From Antedon mediterranea (lineage: Eukaryota; Animalia; Echinodermata): a stretch of DNA of 64,000 bases. Under the pieces are notes generated by a model that was given only the letters and a program-made list of their open reading frames with translations, was not told the origin of the DNA and did no database searches. The stretch is from positions 5,136,201-5,200,200 of the forward strand of contig NC_092670.1 in the NCBI RefSeq assembly GCF_964355755.1, given 5' to 3'. The position numbers were made by a program, and so were the translations under genes. Positions 12,401-25,263 of this stretch are shown piece after piece (position 1 is the stretch's first letter; each line of letters opens with the position of its first letter).

Positions 12401-14559
12401 TCAGAGTTAAACACAAAAATTACTGAAATAATAGTTCAGATTGTTTAGTAAAATTGATGCAGTTTTACTTCCACGCAGTATGCATATTTGAGAGTTGAAA
12501 ATGATTGACATATTGCCAAAGAAATATCTGCATTTATATTATATAAAGGGAAGGGAAGAGTGAGATCAAATTCAACATAAAAAAAGAAAATGAACTTGGA
12601 AGTGATTCGTGTCTGTGAAACCTGTAAAGACCAACTCGGGCAGCATCGTACGACAAGGTCCGAGTTGAATACCGACGATACGAGTTGTCTTTAGATTGCG
12701 TCGGGCGTCGTTTTTAGGTCGCGAGAACTTAAACATGTTCAATTTTCTCCCGACGTCGTACGACGCTTTACTTTGCAGTTGAAAAGTTGCCACATTCACG
12801 CACTACGGTATGTGTTTTGAATGTAAGTCTTTATCGGGTGTGTGGCCCACACAAATTACAAAAATTATATAATAATTATGTCTAATAAATCATAATTTAA
12901 CTGATAGTCCTATAGTTATAATATCACCTCCATAAAACCGTATCAACTTTCACAAAGCCATGTTACGACACTAGACAATGGAAATGATTTACTTTCTTTG
13001 TCATGCGTCATCAGATGTAACATTGTATATATAGAAATAATATAAACAATAGTTTTTACACACGTTCTCACATTTCTAAAGGTTGATGTGAAATTGAACT
13101 ATGAGCATTAACATTTGTTTCTTTAGTGAAATGTTTATCTTATTCGTGTTAGTTAGTTCTGAAATTGATTGAAAGATGACCAGTCGGTTCTATGCCTCAC
13201 AATCATACAATACTTAAACTTAAATTTTCCTTTAAATATTTTTTCTCAATAATCAAGTTAATTTCGGAATTAATCGAACAGTATCAATAAGAGGTATTTT
13301 AACGAGTGTTCTACTACTAGCTGTGGACAAATCTTAAAATAAGGTTTAAAACAACATGTAAATCGGGAACGATTTGGCCGTCAGCAGTGTCTACCTGTCC
13401 TTCTACCCCTACTTTTTGAAACACCAGATTTCATAAATGGAATCGTAATTAATCTTACCTCCTTTAATAGATATTCCTTATGATGTGTTTCGCTTCCAAC
13501 ACGGAAGAAAGGTTGTTGAAATTATGTCCAAAGTTGTCATTTATTTATGGCGGGATGTTTACAGTAGCGAGCTTGAAACAGGGTCATTTGCATATGGCAT
13601 ACCACGATTGGTTAGTGTCTCGCGGCGGTAGTTTTGATTCAGGTGTAACGAACGAGACAAGTACAACGGCCTACAAAACAACATCATAATTTGGACAGAA
13701 AAATCACCAAACAGTACAACAAATAGCAACGGAGTCACGGAAATACCAATAGTACATCAACGTCATCAACAAATTCGAAAATCCACAAAAAAAAAACATC
13801 AGAAAAACAAGGTTACATGCGACACTTGTTAAAACAGCGAAGTTATTCTTCCTCGATCGCATTTGCCTCATTTGAATATACGGTCACACTTGACTGAACA
13901 ACCATGCCGTCGTAGGAAGAATAGATTACCTTACACATTCACTGCAACAAAAAATGATGCACGGGAAAACATACGGCCTATAGGCCTAATAGGCGCCTAT
14001 TTAAAAAATGGTATTATATTGTATATTAACAGATAGTTTTGAAAGTATTTCTTACTATTTATAATTCGATAATTAATACCTCAAACGATCTAAATTTAAA
14101 TACAATTTCAATTTCATTTATTTCATAGACAATAAAAAATGGTGTACAATTAAAAAACGATCACATATAACGTCATCTTGATTATTATTTCATCTCAAAT
14201 TAGATTTTACCGAACACAACAAATACAAATTAAACATGTTAATCTTAATTAACACTTATTATTAAGTATAGCTAAATATGGTAACATATTGATTATTAGC
14301 AAATGCTAAACTAACATGTCTTGTGTCCTAAGTTTCAATTTACATTAATGATGTTCTCTCTGCTTCTCACGATTTTAGAGTTAAAATTGGAATTTAAAAA
14401 TAGGAGAGGTAACGAGATAAATATAACCTGTAATGATTTAATGACTGTATAACATATTATGTTAAACTGAATCGAAAATATGTTTCAAATTTACAATTTT
14501 TTTTAAATAGGAGATTATTAAAACGAGAGAATTAATGATTTAATGAATTTTACATTTTG

Positions 14560-15000
14560 ATTAGGCCTATACCGTCCGTTTCACGTCTTTATTTGTCCTT
14601 CCATTGATGTTTTTTAATATATTTTCTACAATGACAACTAAAACTGTCAACGTGTTCTGATTCACCTTTCATTAGCTGGATTTCCTGGTTGTTTTTGCTT
14701 TTCTCTGTGTTAAGATTTACGTTTTTATGCTAATGTATTTGTGATAATTCATTTGCATAGTCAATGTCTTACTCCCATGATTCATTGCATCCAATGCCAT
14801 TCTCCTTTTGTTGTTTGTAGGAAGGATCTGCAAGGTACCAGTGGCGATATGTTTGGGGAAGGCAAGACACATGTGTTTGTGTTTATTGCCGGTCCGCCAG
14901 CTAGGTAGTCTGATGGCTTTTCCGCCTCGTCTGCTTTGCTTATATCTATAATATGATTGCTTTCCTCCAGTCCTGTCTGTTTTCTGCTATTTTCCAAGTC
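14560..15000 (-). mobile_element. Decayed RTE-like LINE reverse transcriptase fragment
   Basis: Frameshifted minus-strand peptides occur in RT order: DWRKAIIL, CVLPSP (resembling QGCVLSP), DIDYANE (resembling DLDYADD, 14768-14748), LNTEKSK, EHVDSF, GRTNKDVK. Confidence 0.55.
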
Positions 15001-15214
15001 GTTTCTATATCTTTTATGCTATTGATCCTAGGGGTAGTGTAGTTGATGATTGTTTATGAAGGGTAATCAGGTCGTTCGATCGAGTTACCGGTAGTGTGGA
15101 TCGTGGTTGTCCTCTATACTTTGTAAGATACATAAGCAACAAATATCAACATACAGTCAACGTTAATGTCGAAACTGCAATTATGCCTACTACTGGAATC
15201 AGAGAAGATTCATC

Positions 15215-15400
15215 TATAACGAGTATTCTCTGAATATGTTGGCCTGAAAGAATAATATACAACAAAAACTGAAAGTGGTAGATGGAAATAAATTGGTCAT
15301 ACACCAATTAAAAGGAAATTAAAACAGAACATCACTAGGCACGCCCTGACATGGAACCGTCTACCAGGCGAGAAATCGTCTAGAATCACGTGAGATGGAG
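15215..15400 (+). mobile_element. Decayed RTE-like LINE ORF C-terminal fragment
   Basis: Plus-strand IL*ICWPERI, WK*IGHT (15283) and NITRHALTWN (15328-15357) resemble the RTE C-terminal consensus (ILRIxWPxxI, WxWIGHTLR, ITRQALTWNP). Confidence 0.6.
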
Positions 15401-15939
15401 ATATCACCTGTAGTATGCGCTTTTAGGTGTACCAAGCATTAAGTAGGTACGCATTACATTAATGTTTAATCAATTTCAATGGATTTATATTTGTGCGTAG
15501 GCCTCCTTCATACTTCCAGATTATGGAAAGCAGCCTAAAACTAGCACAATGACTTGGAGCTAACTTGTGGTTGAATTAATTAAAGAAATATACCCAAATA
15601 TTTTCGATACAACTGTATTAATTAAATTAACTATGCTATATTTAAAGAAAATAACTGTGTTTTAAAAGTATTTTTTTCGTTCTAATATAAACAAGCTCGA
15701 ATGATTGAACGTAATTTAAAGTTCAATTAATCAGAGTAAGATCGAATAGATTTTGCCTCAATATAACATTTCTATAAACACTCAGAAATGAGGTAGTGCT
15801 TTTCAATTACCGATTTCATTTATGTGACTATGAGACCTACTTTTGAAGTTATATACAGTAGACAGTATGTGACATTATGATAGCAGATTAACTTTACATA
15901 AACGGTAAGGTTATCAATCTTTAAAACCGCTGCAACTCA

Positions 15940-16294
15940 AGCTTTGTCTACACTACCAAACTTTATGTGAAAAAAAAATGTGATGGACATTATGATGTCA
16001 TATCACTACCACATTTGGGAATATCACCACCATATTTGGGCACATCACACTTTTTTTGCCAAACTAGTTTGATAAGTGTAGAGAGTACTTGACACGTATC
16101 ACGACGCGATGGATCATAGTTTGTGATTGGTTAACTTACTTGCGTTGCGCCCACTTCGCTATAACATTGTATGTGACTAAAATGTGATGAGCCCATATAT
16201 GGGCATGATGATGTCATATCACTACCATATTTAAGCATATCACTACCAAATTCAGGTACACACTTTTTTGTCAAATAGATAGTGTAGACAGAAC
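15940..16294 (+). mobile_element. Two degenerate copies of the AGCTCTGTCTACAC MITE family (15940-16090 and partial 16180-16294)
   Basis: Both share gatgtcatatcactacca, gggcacatcacac and the terminal aactagtttgatagtgtagacag with the copies at 27358, 39601 and 57097. Confidence 0.75.
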
Positions 16295-19200
16295 GATGTT
16301 TTGTATTTTCAGCTTAAAGAGGCACACTTTTCTTCTAATGTTTAAAAGTCAGGGGTGGCTGAATGAAGGAGATTGAGGTGACGCAGTATATACGATCCTG
16401 TGACGTAATAACGTACGCTTACGTGGTGTGAATTATGAAGATCGGTTGCGCGTCATGGTTCCATGTCACGTGTCCATAACCATGATCATTATCAATGTTA
16501 AAACGCGAGCTTAAACGCGTATGCGTGTGTCAGTAACGACTTTAAAAGTGTGCACGATGCTTAGAAAAAAATGACAGCTAAATTGCTGCTAATGATTTTT
16601 AATAGTTAACTATCTAAGAAAAACATTAGTTGTTTGAAATGAGACTAAACTCGCAATAATTTATCAACTGTAATACGCATAAAGACTCACCAATGACATT
16701 ACAAAATGTGTTATAGTTAGTACAAATTGGCTTAGTGGTAATTTGTTTTAATAAAAGCATCCATTATTAAAACTTGGCTATAAATATTCAACCTTTGCTT
16801 TAATTTTTATTAGACTAAGAATTTACTATAGATTAGGTTAATTGAGATATATTGGAAACATTTTCCCATTATTTAAATTCGGAAATTATCAATTTAATAA
16901 AGGAAGATTATTCAAAATAGTGTAATTATGTATTGTATAAACTACAAGTTGCAATAGCCAGCTGTGGTGGCCTGACATGATTGAACACAGATTATAATTA
17001 GAGGACAAATAACAATTTTATCAAAAAACAGAAAATAAAACAATGAAAAAGTAAAATTATCTTAGTTAAAAAAGTCGATTTAAAGTCCACGTGAGGGAAA
17101 AAATGTAATATATCTATAGTTTCCACTGTTTTTTGTGTTACACGACTTTATTGAAAATAAGCACTTTCTTGTCAGTAGGGTATAATTGCACACTAAAATC
17201 CCATTTTTTTGTACACAAATGTTGTAAAAAGAGAGGTATTTTAACAAATTTATGAAAAATAACCAAATTTTATCAGATGATTACAAATAAGGGTAATATA
17301 ACTTGGATTTAAGAGAATCAATGAGAGCCATAAAGCGTATAACACAGGCAGAAGATGGATAGGGATACGGCCTAAATAAAACTATTGTCGAATCAGTGAA
17401 TTCAGACATGCTATACTCCAATCGCCGACGTTCGATTCAAGAGAAATTAAAATTAAAATTAAGAGTGTTTTTCACTGTTCTCTGGTAAGACTATAAATCT
17501 GGTTTCTTCTCTTCATTGACACAATCAAAACAGAAATAGCTTTGCTGTTTTAAATTTTGTGATCTTGTATTGACAAGTTTATTTAATGCACATAAATCGT
17601 GTTTTTCAAAAACATCAATAATTATTTCACCACCCTCAGAAGTGCTTTAAATATGTTCAAGATCTTTTTAATTTTTAACGAAGTGGATAAAGGTTAAAAT
17701 AGTTGAAACCAACACGCAGAATATAGTGGCATAGAGTACAATTTTCAATATCATATTTTATCTAATATCATATTTAATTCAATGTAAAATTGAATCAAAA
17801 TAAGCCTTTGTAATTGTTTTCTTTTGAGTAAAACTTGAACCAATAAGCAGCAGGAATATTATCTAAAATACAATACCTTGTAGTATACGAACCTAAACAA
17901 CTATATGACTAAAATTTTGGTTCAACGAGTGACTCGGAATTACTTGAAACTACAGAGGAATTAGCTAACCAAGAACAAAAAAACGGCTGACAAATTGATT
18001 GACTCGACTAACAAGGTGGTTGAACACAACAAAGGCTGAATAACTGAGTGAATAACTCGGCTAAACAAAATGGCTGAAAAACACAACACACCTGACCAAG
18101 AGCCGAACCGAACACAACATTTTAAATGACGCGGCTGACAATTTGACTAACGACTAACTTTGAAACACACTCATTGATAACCTTGACACATCTGACATAA
18201 ACATGAACAAACGGACTGATTCTGAACAAATTGACTCAAATTGGATAACCCAACACACTTTAAATGATTCTGAGCGGCTTGACTGACAAATTAGCTGAGT
18301 AAAACTTACAGCGATGATCGGAATGTTGACTGTCATTGATACATTTATTTATTTGCACTTTACATTGACTGTCTATAATTTCTAGCTATGGCAACAAAAT
18401 CATACCAGGCCCTCAACGGTCAGAATAGAAAACCTTGTGTGCCGATATAAATGGATTGATCATTGAGAAAATCTTAGAACAGATTGTGATAAGGGTTTAA
18501 CATGTTTAGGTAAATGGTGAGTAAGATCATTTTTACTTAGTACCATAATAATTCGTTTTAGATTGAAAAAAAATAATTTCATCATTCAGGTTCTAGGAAT
18601 GTTAGTGGCATGTTAACACAGTCGGTTAATAATGATAATACTATTGGGGTTTGTTTTTATATTCTATCTTTTAGAGAATGCAGTATTTAAGTTTTACTTA
18701 TGACTATGTTTGTACTTTTTAACATTCCTAAAAGCATAACAATAGAACTAGCAAACATTTTACAAGATTTTATTTTAAATTGTTATTATTAATTTGATAT
18801 GGTGGAATAAACCGATACTGGTTCTACTTGAAAAATTGATGTTATACCATATTTGACAGTACTGAATACCTCACTTTATCGATTTCTTCTGTCAACACTA
18901 TCAGTGTTCTGTCAACAGTGTATTTCACAATCACTGTATCTTTCGCAGCCTTTCAATTTCCATAAATAAGTAATTCAATTATTTGATCGATCCCAATTAT
19001 TTACCGTATATTATTTTCGAGTGTCTTAATTTATTCTTTAACAAAATCGAGATTGCATTAAATTTACGGAATTTAATTCACGACAGTTAATAGCTGCATA
19101 TACATCTTTGCATATTATTCAATTTTATAGCTTACTGGCCAACCACAGTATAGATCGATTTTTATAAACAATGTCTCTATGCGATCTACAATGAATAGAA

Positions 19201-20218
19201 AGAGTGGAAACCAAAAGGAAGAGAATAAAGAGACAAAAACACAAAGCTAGCACCTAAAACGGAGAATGGGATACACCACTATCTCCGCTAACTGGGGATC
19301 AAAGTACTCCAGTTAGCATCGGTTAAGTCTTGATCTTTTTTGACATAAGAATAAAAAAGACAAGTTTCTGATCATCATTTTGTTTTGCCTTTTCTAAAAT
19401 GTTTGATTTAAAGGGGAGTTTATAATTAGTACAACATGTAATGTTGGTTAATATTGACGCACGATTTCACATTCAGTTGTACCTATTTAGCTTATGTGTA
19501 AAATATTCATGATGTTATATCAACATAATAATGCCTGTTGACATTACAAATGTTCTTAGGGACTACGTCAACATTACTGCAGTAACGTCTTGTTTCCTAT
19601 TTATTCTGTTTATGCCATTTTATTTAGCAAGTTTTTCCTGAAATTATACACACCTTCCAATGACTACCGCATCATACGTCATTGTAGTAAAACATATTAT
19701 CGGCTAGTTACTGTAGTAACTGCATGCAGTAGAATAATTATAATATGATCTTTTCATTATTCTAATATTCAAATAAAAAATTAGACTGAAACGCATTTTT
19801 TTAAATAACATTATTATTATTATGTTGAAATAGAAACCAGCCAAAACTTAAAAACTGTGGGTGATTTTGTTTAAAGAATATGCATAAACCTAATGAAGAT
19901 TAATATTACGATCTAATTACCCTTTCTTTCAAAATGTAAGCCTAAAGTGAAAAGTAGTATGAAATAAAATGTAGATTTAAAATGTTTTGTGATCATAGTA
20001 GATCAATATTTTAATAGAAACAACAGCTTTGAATACTAGGACTAACTAATGTTCATAATAATAGTAATTATTATAATAACAATAGCATTGCCAGTAAGGG
20101 CAACAATGTATTCGGCAATGGATTCATATTCAATTATTGGTATAGCCTAGTGAATAATTATATTACCTGTACATTTTTATTATCTAAGTCATTAGCTTCA
20201 ACGTTCTACCATGCTTTA

Positions 20219-20340
20219 AGGGGCATTCACACCTGTTCCGTTTCGCGGAACGGTAGACGGCGCCGTTTTGTTATAAAATCGAAAAGCGTTAAAACAATAG
20301 CAGCGTTTACACCAAATCCGGAAAATGTGTGAATGCCCCT
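20219..20340. mobile_element. Short MITE (Harbinger-like)
   Basis: 14-bp TIR AGGGGCATTCACAC / GTGTGAATGCCCCT. The flanks are TTA and TTT, so the TSD is imperfect. Confidence 0.7.
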
Positions 20341-21139
20341 TTTATTCGATCGGCATTATTTTCTGAATCGCATTATTGAGAGAAACAATATAAATTGTAG
20401 CAGTTTTTCAAAATTTTATTTTGAAAATAACTTTGGTATCTAGTAGCTAGTCGGGTTGTCCCAGTTTTAATTTTCTATTAAATAGTAAAATGTACATGTT
20501 ATAATTTGCAAATTCATAAATACAGAGCCAGCCACGTGTGACATTCATTTTATTCTAAGCCCAACCTTTATATCTATGATTAACAAGCTATTAACATGTG
20601 ACACTGTATTATGGAGATTTCCTAAAATATTGATTAATTTCATTTACTCAAACAATCATTTGTTTTGTAACACAACTACTATTACTAAATGAATATTGAA
20701 TCAGGTGAAAGGCTATTCAATTCAATTATTTTATTTCGTCAAGCACACAAAAATTGTCTTTCTTGTCACGTATTGTAAGGCCTTTTAGATTATTGTGTAC
20801 GCGGAGAGTGTTAGAGCGAAGACGGTAAACAGGTTGGTTGGTTGGTTGGTGTACCACATTGAACTATTATAGAACATTAGATCATTTTTTAGGAAGAGAC
20901 TTTGAAAATATCCAATTTGATATCACGCTACAGTTTAATGGGACGAAATTACCAAAGTTACGTGATACGAAATCAACAAATGAAATAGCAAGTATACACT
21001 TACAGTTGTGTTATCATAGCGTAATTATAGTATCTACAATACTGTAGAAATATCTCCTTAGGGGGACAATTTATAAACGAGGGGCAATATAGTAATGTTT
21101 GACACTCGCTTAACCACTCATTGGCTACTTGATTGGCTA

Positions 21140-21300
21140 CTTGATTTGATTTTGATTTGATTTATTTCGGCATCAGTACATAAAAAATCACAGCAAAAAA
21201 TAGCAAATATAAAAAACCAAGAATAAAACAAGAAAGGATGCCAAGGATAACTCATAAAAGTCCTCTACGGACTTGTTTCCAATGAGGTCCTTTAAAAGAA
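21140..21300 (-). mobile_element. Probable 3' end of a CR1/L2-like LINE
   Basis: The minus strand reads ggacctcattggaaacaag...gagttatccttgg...gccgaaataaa(tcaaa)n, i.e. a simple-repeat tail after AATAAA. Confidence 0.4.
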
Positions 21301-22273
21301 CAGCAAAAAGACATACAATGAAACATAAATATTACTAAAAAACAACAATAGGACTATCAAAAATAGAAGAAGCGCTTATTAAATAGTTTCTGGTGCTATT
21401 AAGGGGACAATTTGTATGGGTCCAAATAATGTTCTCTTAAATAGGGGATCCCTTAATTCTTCTCATGGGAAATGTACATTTGAAAGGTAACGAATGTGCC
21501 CGTCCCCGTGTATATGGCCAGATTTAGTCAAGCGAAGACTCGACCGCCGGTCGCTCAGAGGAATTGTGAAGGTGTAAACCTACAGCTGCGAATATGGCAA
21601 CTTATATGTTTAAATAGAATACGTTTAAATATTTCGATAAAGACGAATTATATAGAATTATTGGGGAAAGGGGTTCAACGTGATCATAATTTGAGAGAGC
21701 CTATATAGATAGAGAGTACGTAGCTACAGAGGGGTTTTCAAATGTGTGTGTGGGTGTGTGAGTGAACCTCGTAACTATGACTGGATAGGTATATGTGTAA
21801 TCGGCCAGTTAAATTGGAAAACTTTTGAACGATGGTGATGACGAGTCGATAAAAACAATGATAACAACTTTCAATAACTAAGTGACGATAGCAGTAACGA
21901 GAACGATACTGAGAAAACTGAACTCATGAAGATCATGACAAAATACATAAATAATAATAATAATATTAATTATAATAATAATGATAATAATAAATATATA
22001 AATCATCAATTGATGCGGATGAGACGACCATTGTAATAATTCGTAACAATTTAAAAGTGTTTCCTTTAATCACTATCAAACTACGATGCGATATCATGTT
22101 TAGTGAAACCATACAGCCCCTGCTGTTTCTAGTACAAACTTTCTCTAAATGGCTAGTGCATTAGCTTCCCATTCAGAAGACCCCGTCACTGTCGATTGTT
22201 TATATATATATATATGAAATACATGCATTAAGGGAGATCATCACAAAGTTAGATTTCGTTAATATAGGCCTAA

Positions 22274-22432
22274 AGCCGATTTTCCACTAGGCGAATTTGT
22301 TCGCGCGAATCGAACGCGCCAGCTTGTACGCATGTGTATTCATGTTTACGTCTTCCAAATCCTTCTCTACGCATGCGTATTAGCTGACGCCTTCGATTCG
22401 CGCGAACAAATTCGCCTAGTGGAAAATCGGCT
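22274..22432. mobile_element. 159-bp palindromic PIF/Harbinger-type MITE
   Basis: TIR AGCCGATTTTCCACTAGGCGAATTTGTTCGCGCGAATCGAA (perfect for about 41 bp). TAA target duplication at 22271-22273 and 22433-22435. Confidence 0.92.
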
Positions 22433-23550
22433 TAAAGACATGCTAGTTCTACATCGTTGTGGTGTAAATGTGCCTGTGTTTACGTCGCTTGTCGAGAATC
22501 GTCTGTGATGTGTATCAGGTGTACTCCGCCGCAAACAACTTTATAGTCGGTAGAATTATTCAAGCACAGTAGCCTTAAATAGTGTAAAATATATTTAACT
22601 AATTTATTACATAATCGCTACAAGGTATAGCGGCAATATACTGCAACATTATTGAGTTCTATTTCCATAATGGTGTATGCAATCAATAATTAATGCATAC
22701 ATTTATGTATACTGTACCTATTTATTATTCAATATTCCTATATTTTAAATTGTCTTTTTATATTTAGGCCTACGGATACAGACATATGTTACGTATTAAA
22801 AGTTAAATATTCACATTACAAATGCAGCTTTATCAATAAACAAAAAATGCAAATTCAAATTTACGATTGAAGTTTGATTTCCATGTAGCCTAATGTAAAT
22901 AAATCATTTCTTATTTGTACTATCTTTATAATTCAAAATGGCGGAATTAACTCTCTCGACATTTGTTAACCTTTGTTAATATACCCATAAAAACCGAGAA
23001 TATACATTTGAATATACATACTTGCGTCCACAATTAGATGAAAAAAAAATATGAAAAGCATTTGTGTTTTTTTTAAATTACATTTTTTTCATTCGCTGTT
23101 ACTTAAGAGATAACAAACATTAATTCACATAATATTATATAATGCATTACTTGGGTTCAGCAACATCGAAAACAAACAATTAAGAGTACGAATCATTAGT
23201 ATTGCATTAATTACTTGAAAAATTCCGAATAAAATGACACTTCGTAATCGTGTTTAAAAGAGTACCTACATAAATACCAGGATACGACGAACATTACTTG
23301 GGTGATTTAATGCATTATGGTAGATTTGCTAATACCTACTTCAAAATAGATTAGTCGGTAATGTGTATACAACAAGAAGTAACATCCAAAAACAACTCCA
23401 AATCCAAGATTTATTATATTGTTACCGCATTGTAGTTGCAATTGTTTGTTTATAAACATGTTGACATCCCACATGAAACCTATTAATGCATTTTCAATTC
23501 CAGACAAATTAATTATCACTGATACTTCACTATTATACAGAAGCAGGTTC

Positions 23551-23627
23551 CTGACCAATAGGCACTGGTGCTGCTACTGACCAATAGGCGCTGGTGCTGC
23601 TACTGACCAATAGGCGCTGGTGCTGCT
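23551..23627. repeat. 26-bp tandem repeat x3, each unit with a CCAAT motif
   Basis: ctgaccaataggc(a/g)ctggtgctgcta repeated three times. Confidence 0.9.
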
Positions 23628-23989
23628 GGATAGTCTGTGCTTGTCGTAATCGTTGAAGCGATCCGAACATTTGATTTAATGCTTCTCCAATATCATGTTC
23701 ATACTTATTTTATTCTTTTCATTTTGAGGAAATAGATACTTCAATTTAATATAATCAGCGACATAACTTTCTTTAATTTAGGTTTTTTGTCAATGTTTTT
23801 TTTTAATTTTATGACAATTGGGAGACAAGTCTTCCAGAGAGGCAAGATAGCTAGCAAAATAGCCGTTAAAGCTAATTCACCGACCTCCCACTTAAATAAT
23901 CTTTTTTTTTCATAGATAGGCCTACTTAAGGTTTTTAAAATATAGTAAAATGTTTTTTAAATGATGACAAAACTGTGAATCAACAGGAG

Positions 23990-24300
23990 CTTGACGGATA
24001 AAATGATTGAAAAATCTATTATGAAAATAGGAACATAACACATTAAGGAGTACAGGATTAATAACATTTCTAACTTACATGGATTGAAAATGAACGGAGT
24101 CGAATGCTTTACGAAGATCAACAAATTTACATCCAGGTGTTTATCGCAGTCATAAACGACATTAATGAAGCAGAAACAGTCGATCTACCCATAATGCTCG
24201 TCGATCTACCCATAATGCTCGTTACTAAACCTTCCCATTAACTCAAGGTATTCAATAAACAATTTCAAAATGTCTTTCGAAAATTCAAAACAAATCCAAA
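23990..24300 (-). mobile_element. Decayed non-LTR (CR1/L2-like) reverse transcriptase fragment
   Basis: Minus strand 24125-24093 encodes FVDLRKAFDSV (the RT DxxKAFD motif), followed by a disrupted KLE...LLNVLCSYFHNR. It contains a 21-bp tandem duplication, gtcgatctacccataatgctc, at about 24179-24220. Confidence 0.7.
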
Positions 24301-25168
24301 ACATCATGGAATAGATTTGTCTATATTTTACGCTCGCAATATAGCGTCTCTGTGGTTAAGTATAATATTTCTCTAGGGCCAACGGATTTTTGTGGCTGAT
24401 GATGTCGTGGTTTATTCAGTTTTGAATTTGCATTTGATACGGTACGCGTGCATGAGTTTCTGTATCGAAAGTACCGAGTTGCAGAGCTTCTTACTGAAAT
24501 CAGTCGTATGCTACTTTTAAACAAAATTATATCCCCGCTAACAGCGATATTACTCTCCAATCAATGCATATACAATTCCTCCTAAACTAAATAGAAGTCT
24601 AAGGCGCCGACTTTCGAGACATAATCATAATTACCTTCGCTTACTGGCTCGCGTCTATTTTTTTTTTAACTTTAAAATAAATGTATTCCTCTAAAACATA
24701 ATGAAATAAAAATATACAGTATTATAGAGATTCATAATAAAAAAAACCACCGTGAGCAAAGCGTCTATCTGTCGGTTTCCAGTTAAATAATTCCAAATAA
24801 TACAAGATATAATAAAATATAACATGTAATTCTATAAAAGTAGGACGACATCAAATCAAATCAATAATTAATGAAATCGTCCTGACATCCTAAAAAAATA
24901 AAGTATAAACCACCAATTATAATTATACTGTGCATTATTTTCATCCATATATTTCTATTTTTTGGTTAAATAGTTATGTTAACATCTTAAAAGTTGATCG
25001 ATTGCGTGTTCTGTTTTGTGCATTCGACTACTGGTTATAGTTGTTATGTAAAAGCATAAAGTATATAACAAACCAAATCCATGACGTGCATTATTTCCTT
25101 CAATCCATCTTTGTTGAAAGCATATCTCCACTCATAAAAATATTCTCCACATTCTACTTTTAAAATAG

Positions 25169-25185
25169 TATATATATATATATCA

Positions 25186-25260
<75 letters not shown>

Positions 25261-25263
25261 CTC
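25169..25263. repeat. (TA)n microsatellite ending in (TC)n
   Basis: Directly visible in the sequence. Confidence 0.97.

Noticed and set aside
12625-12790. Decayed repeat shared with about 49465-49580 (aacttaaacatgttc...ctcccgacg)
   Set aside because: It is probably an old MITE, but boundaries and TSD could not be defined.
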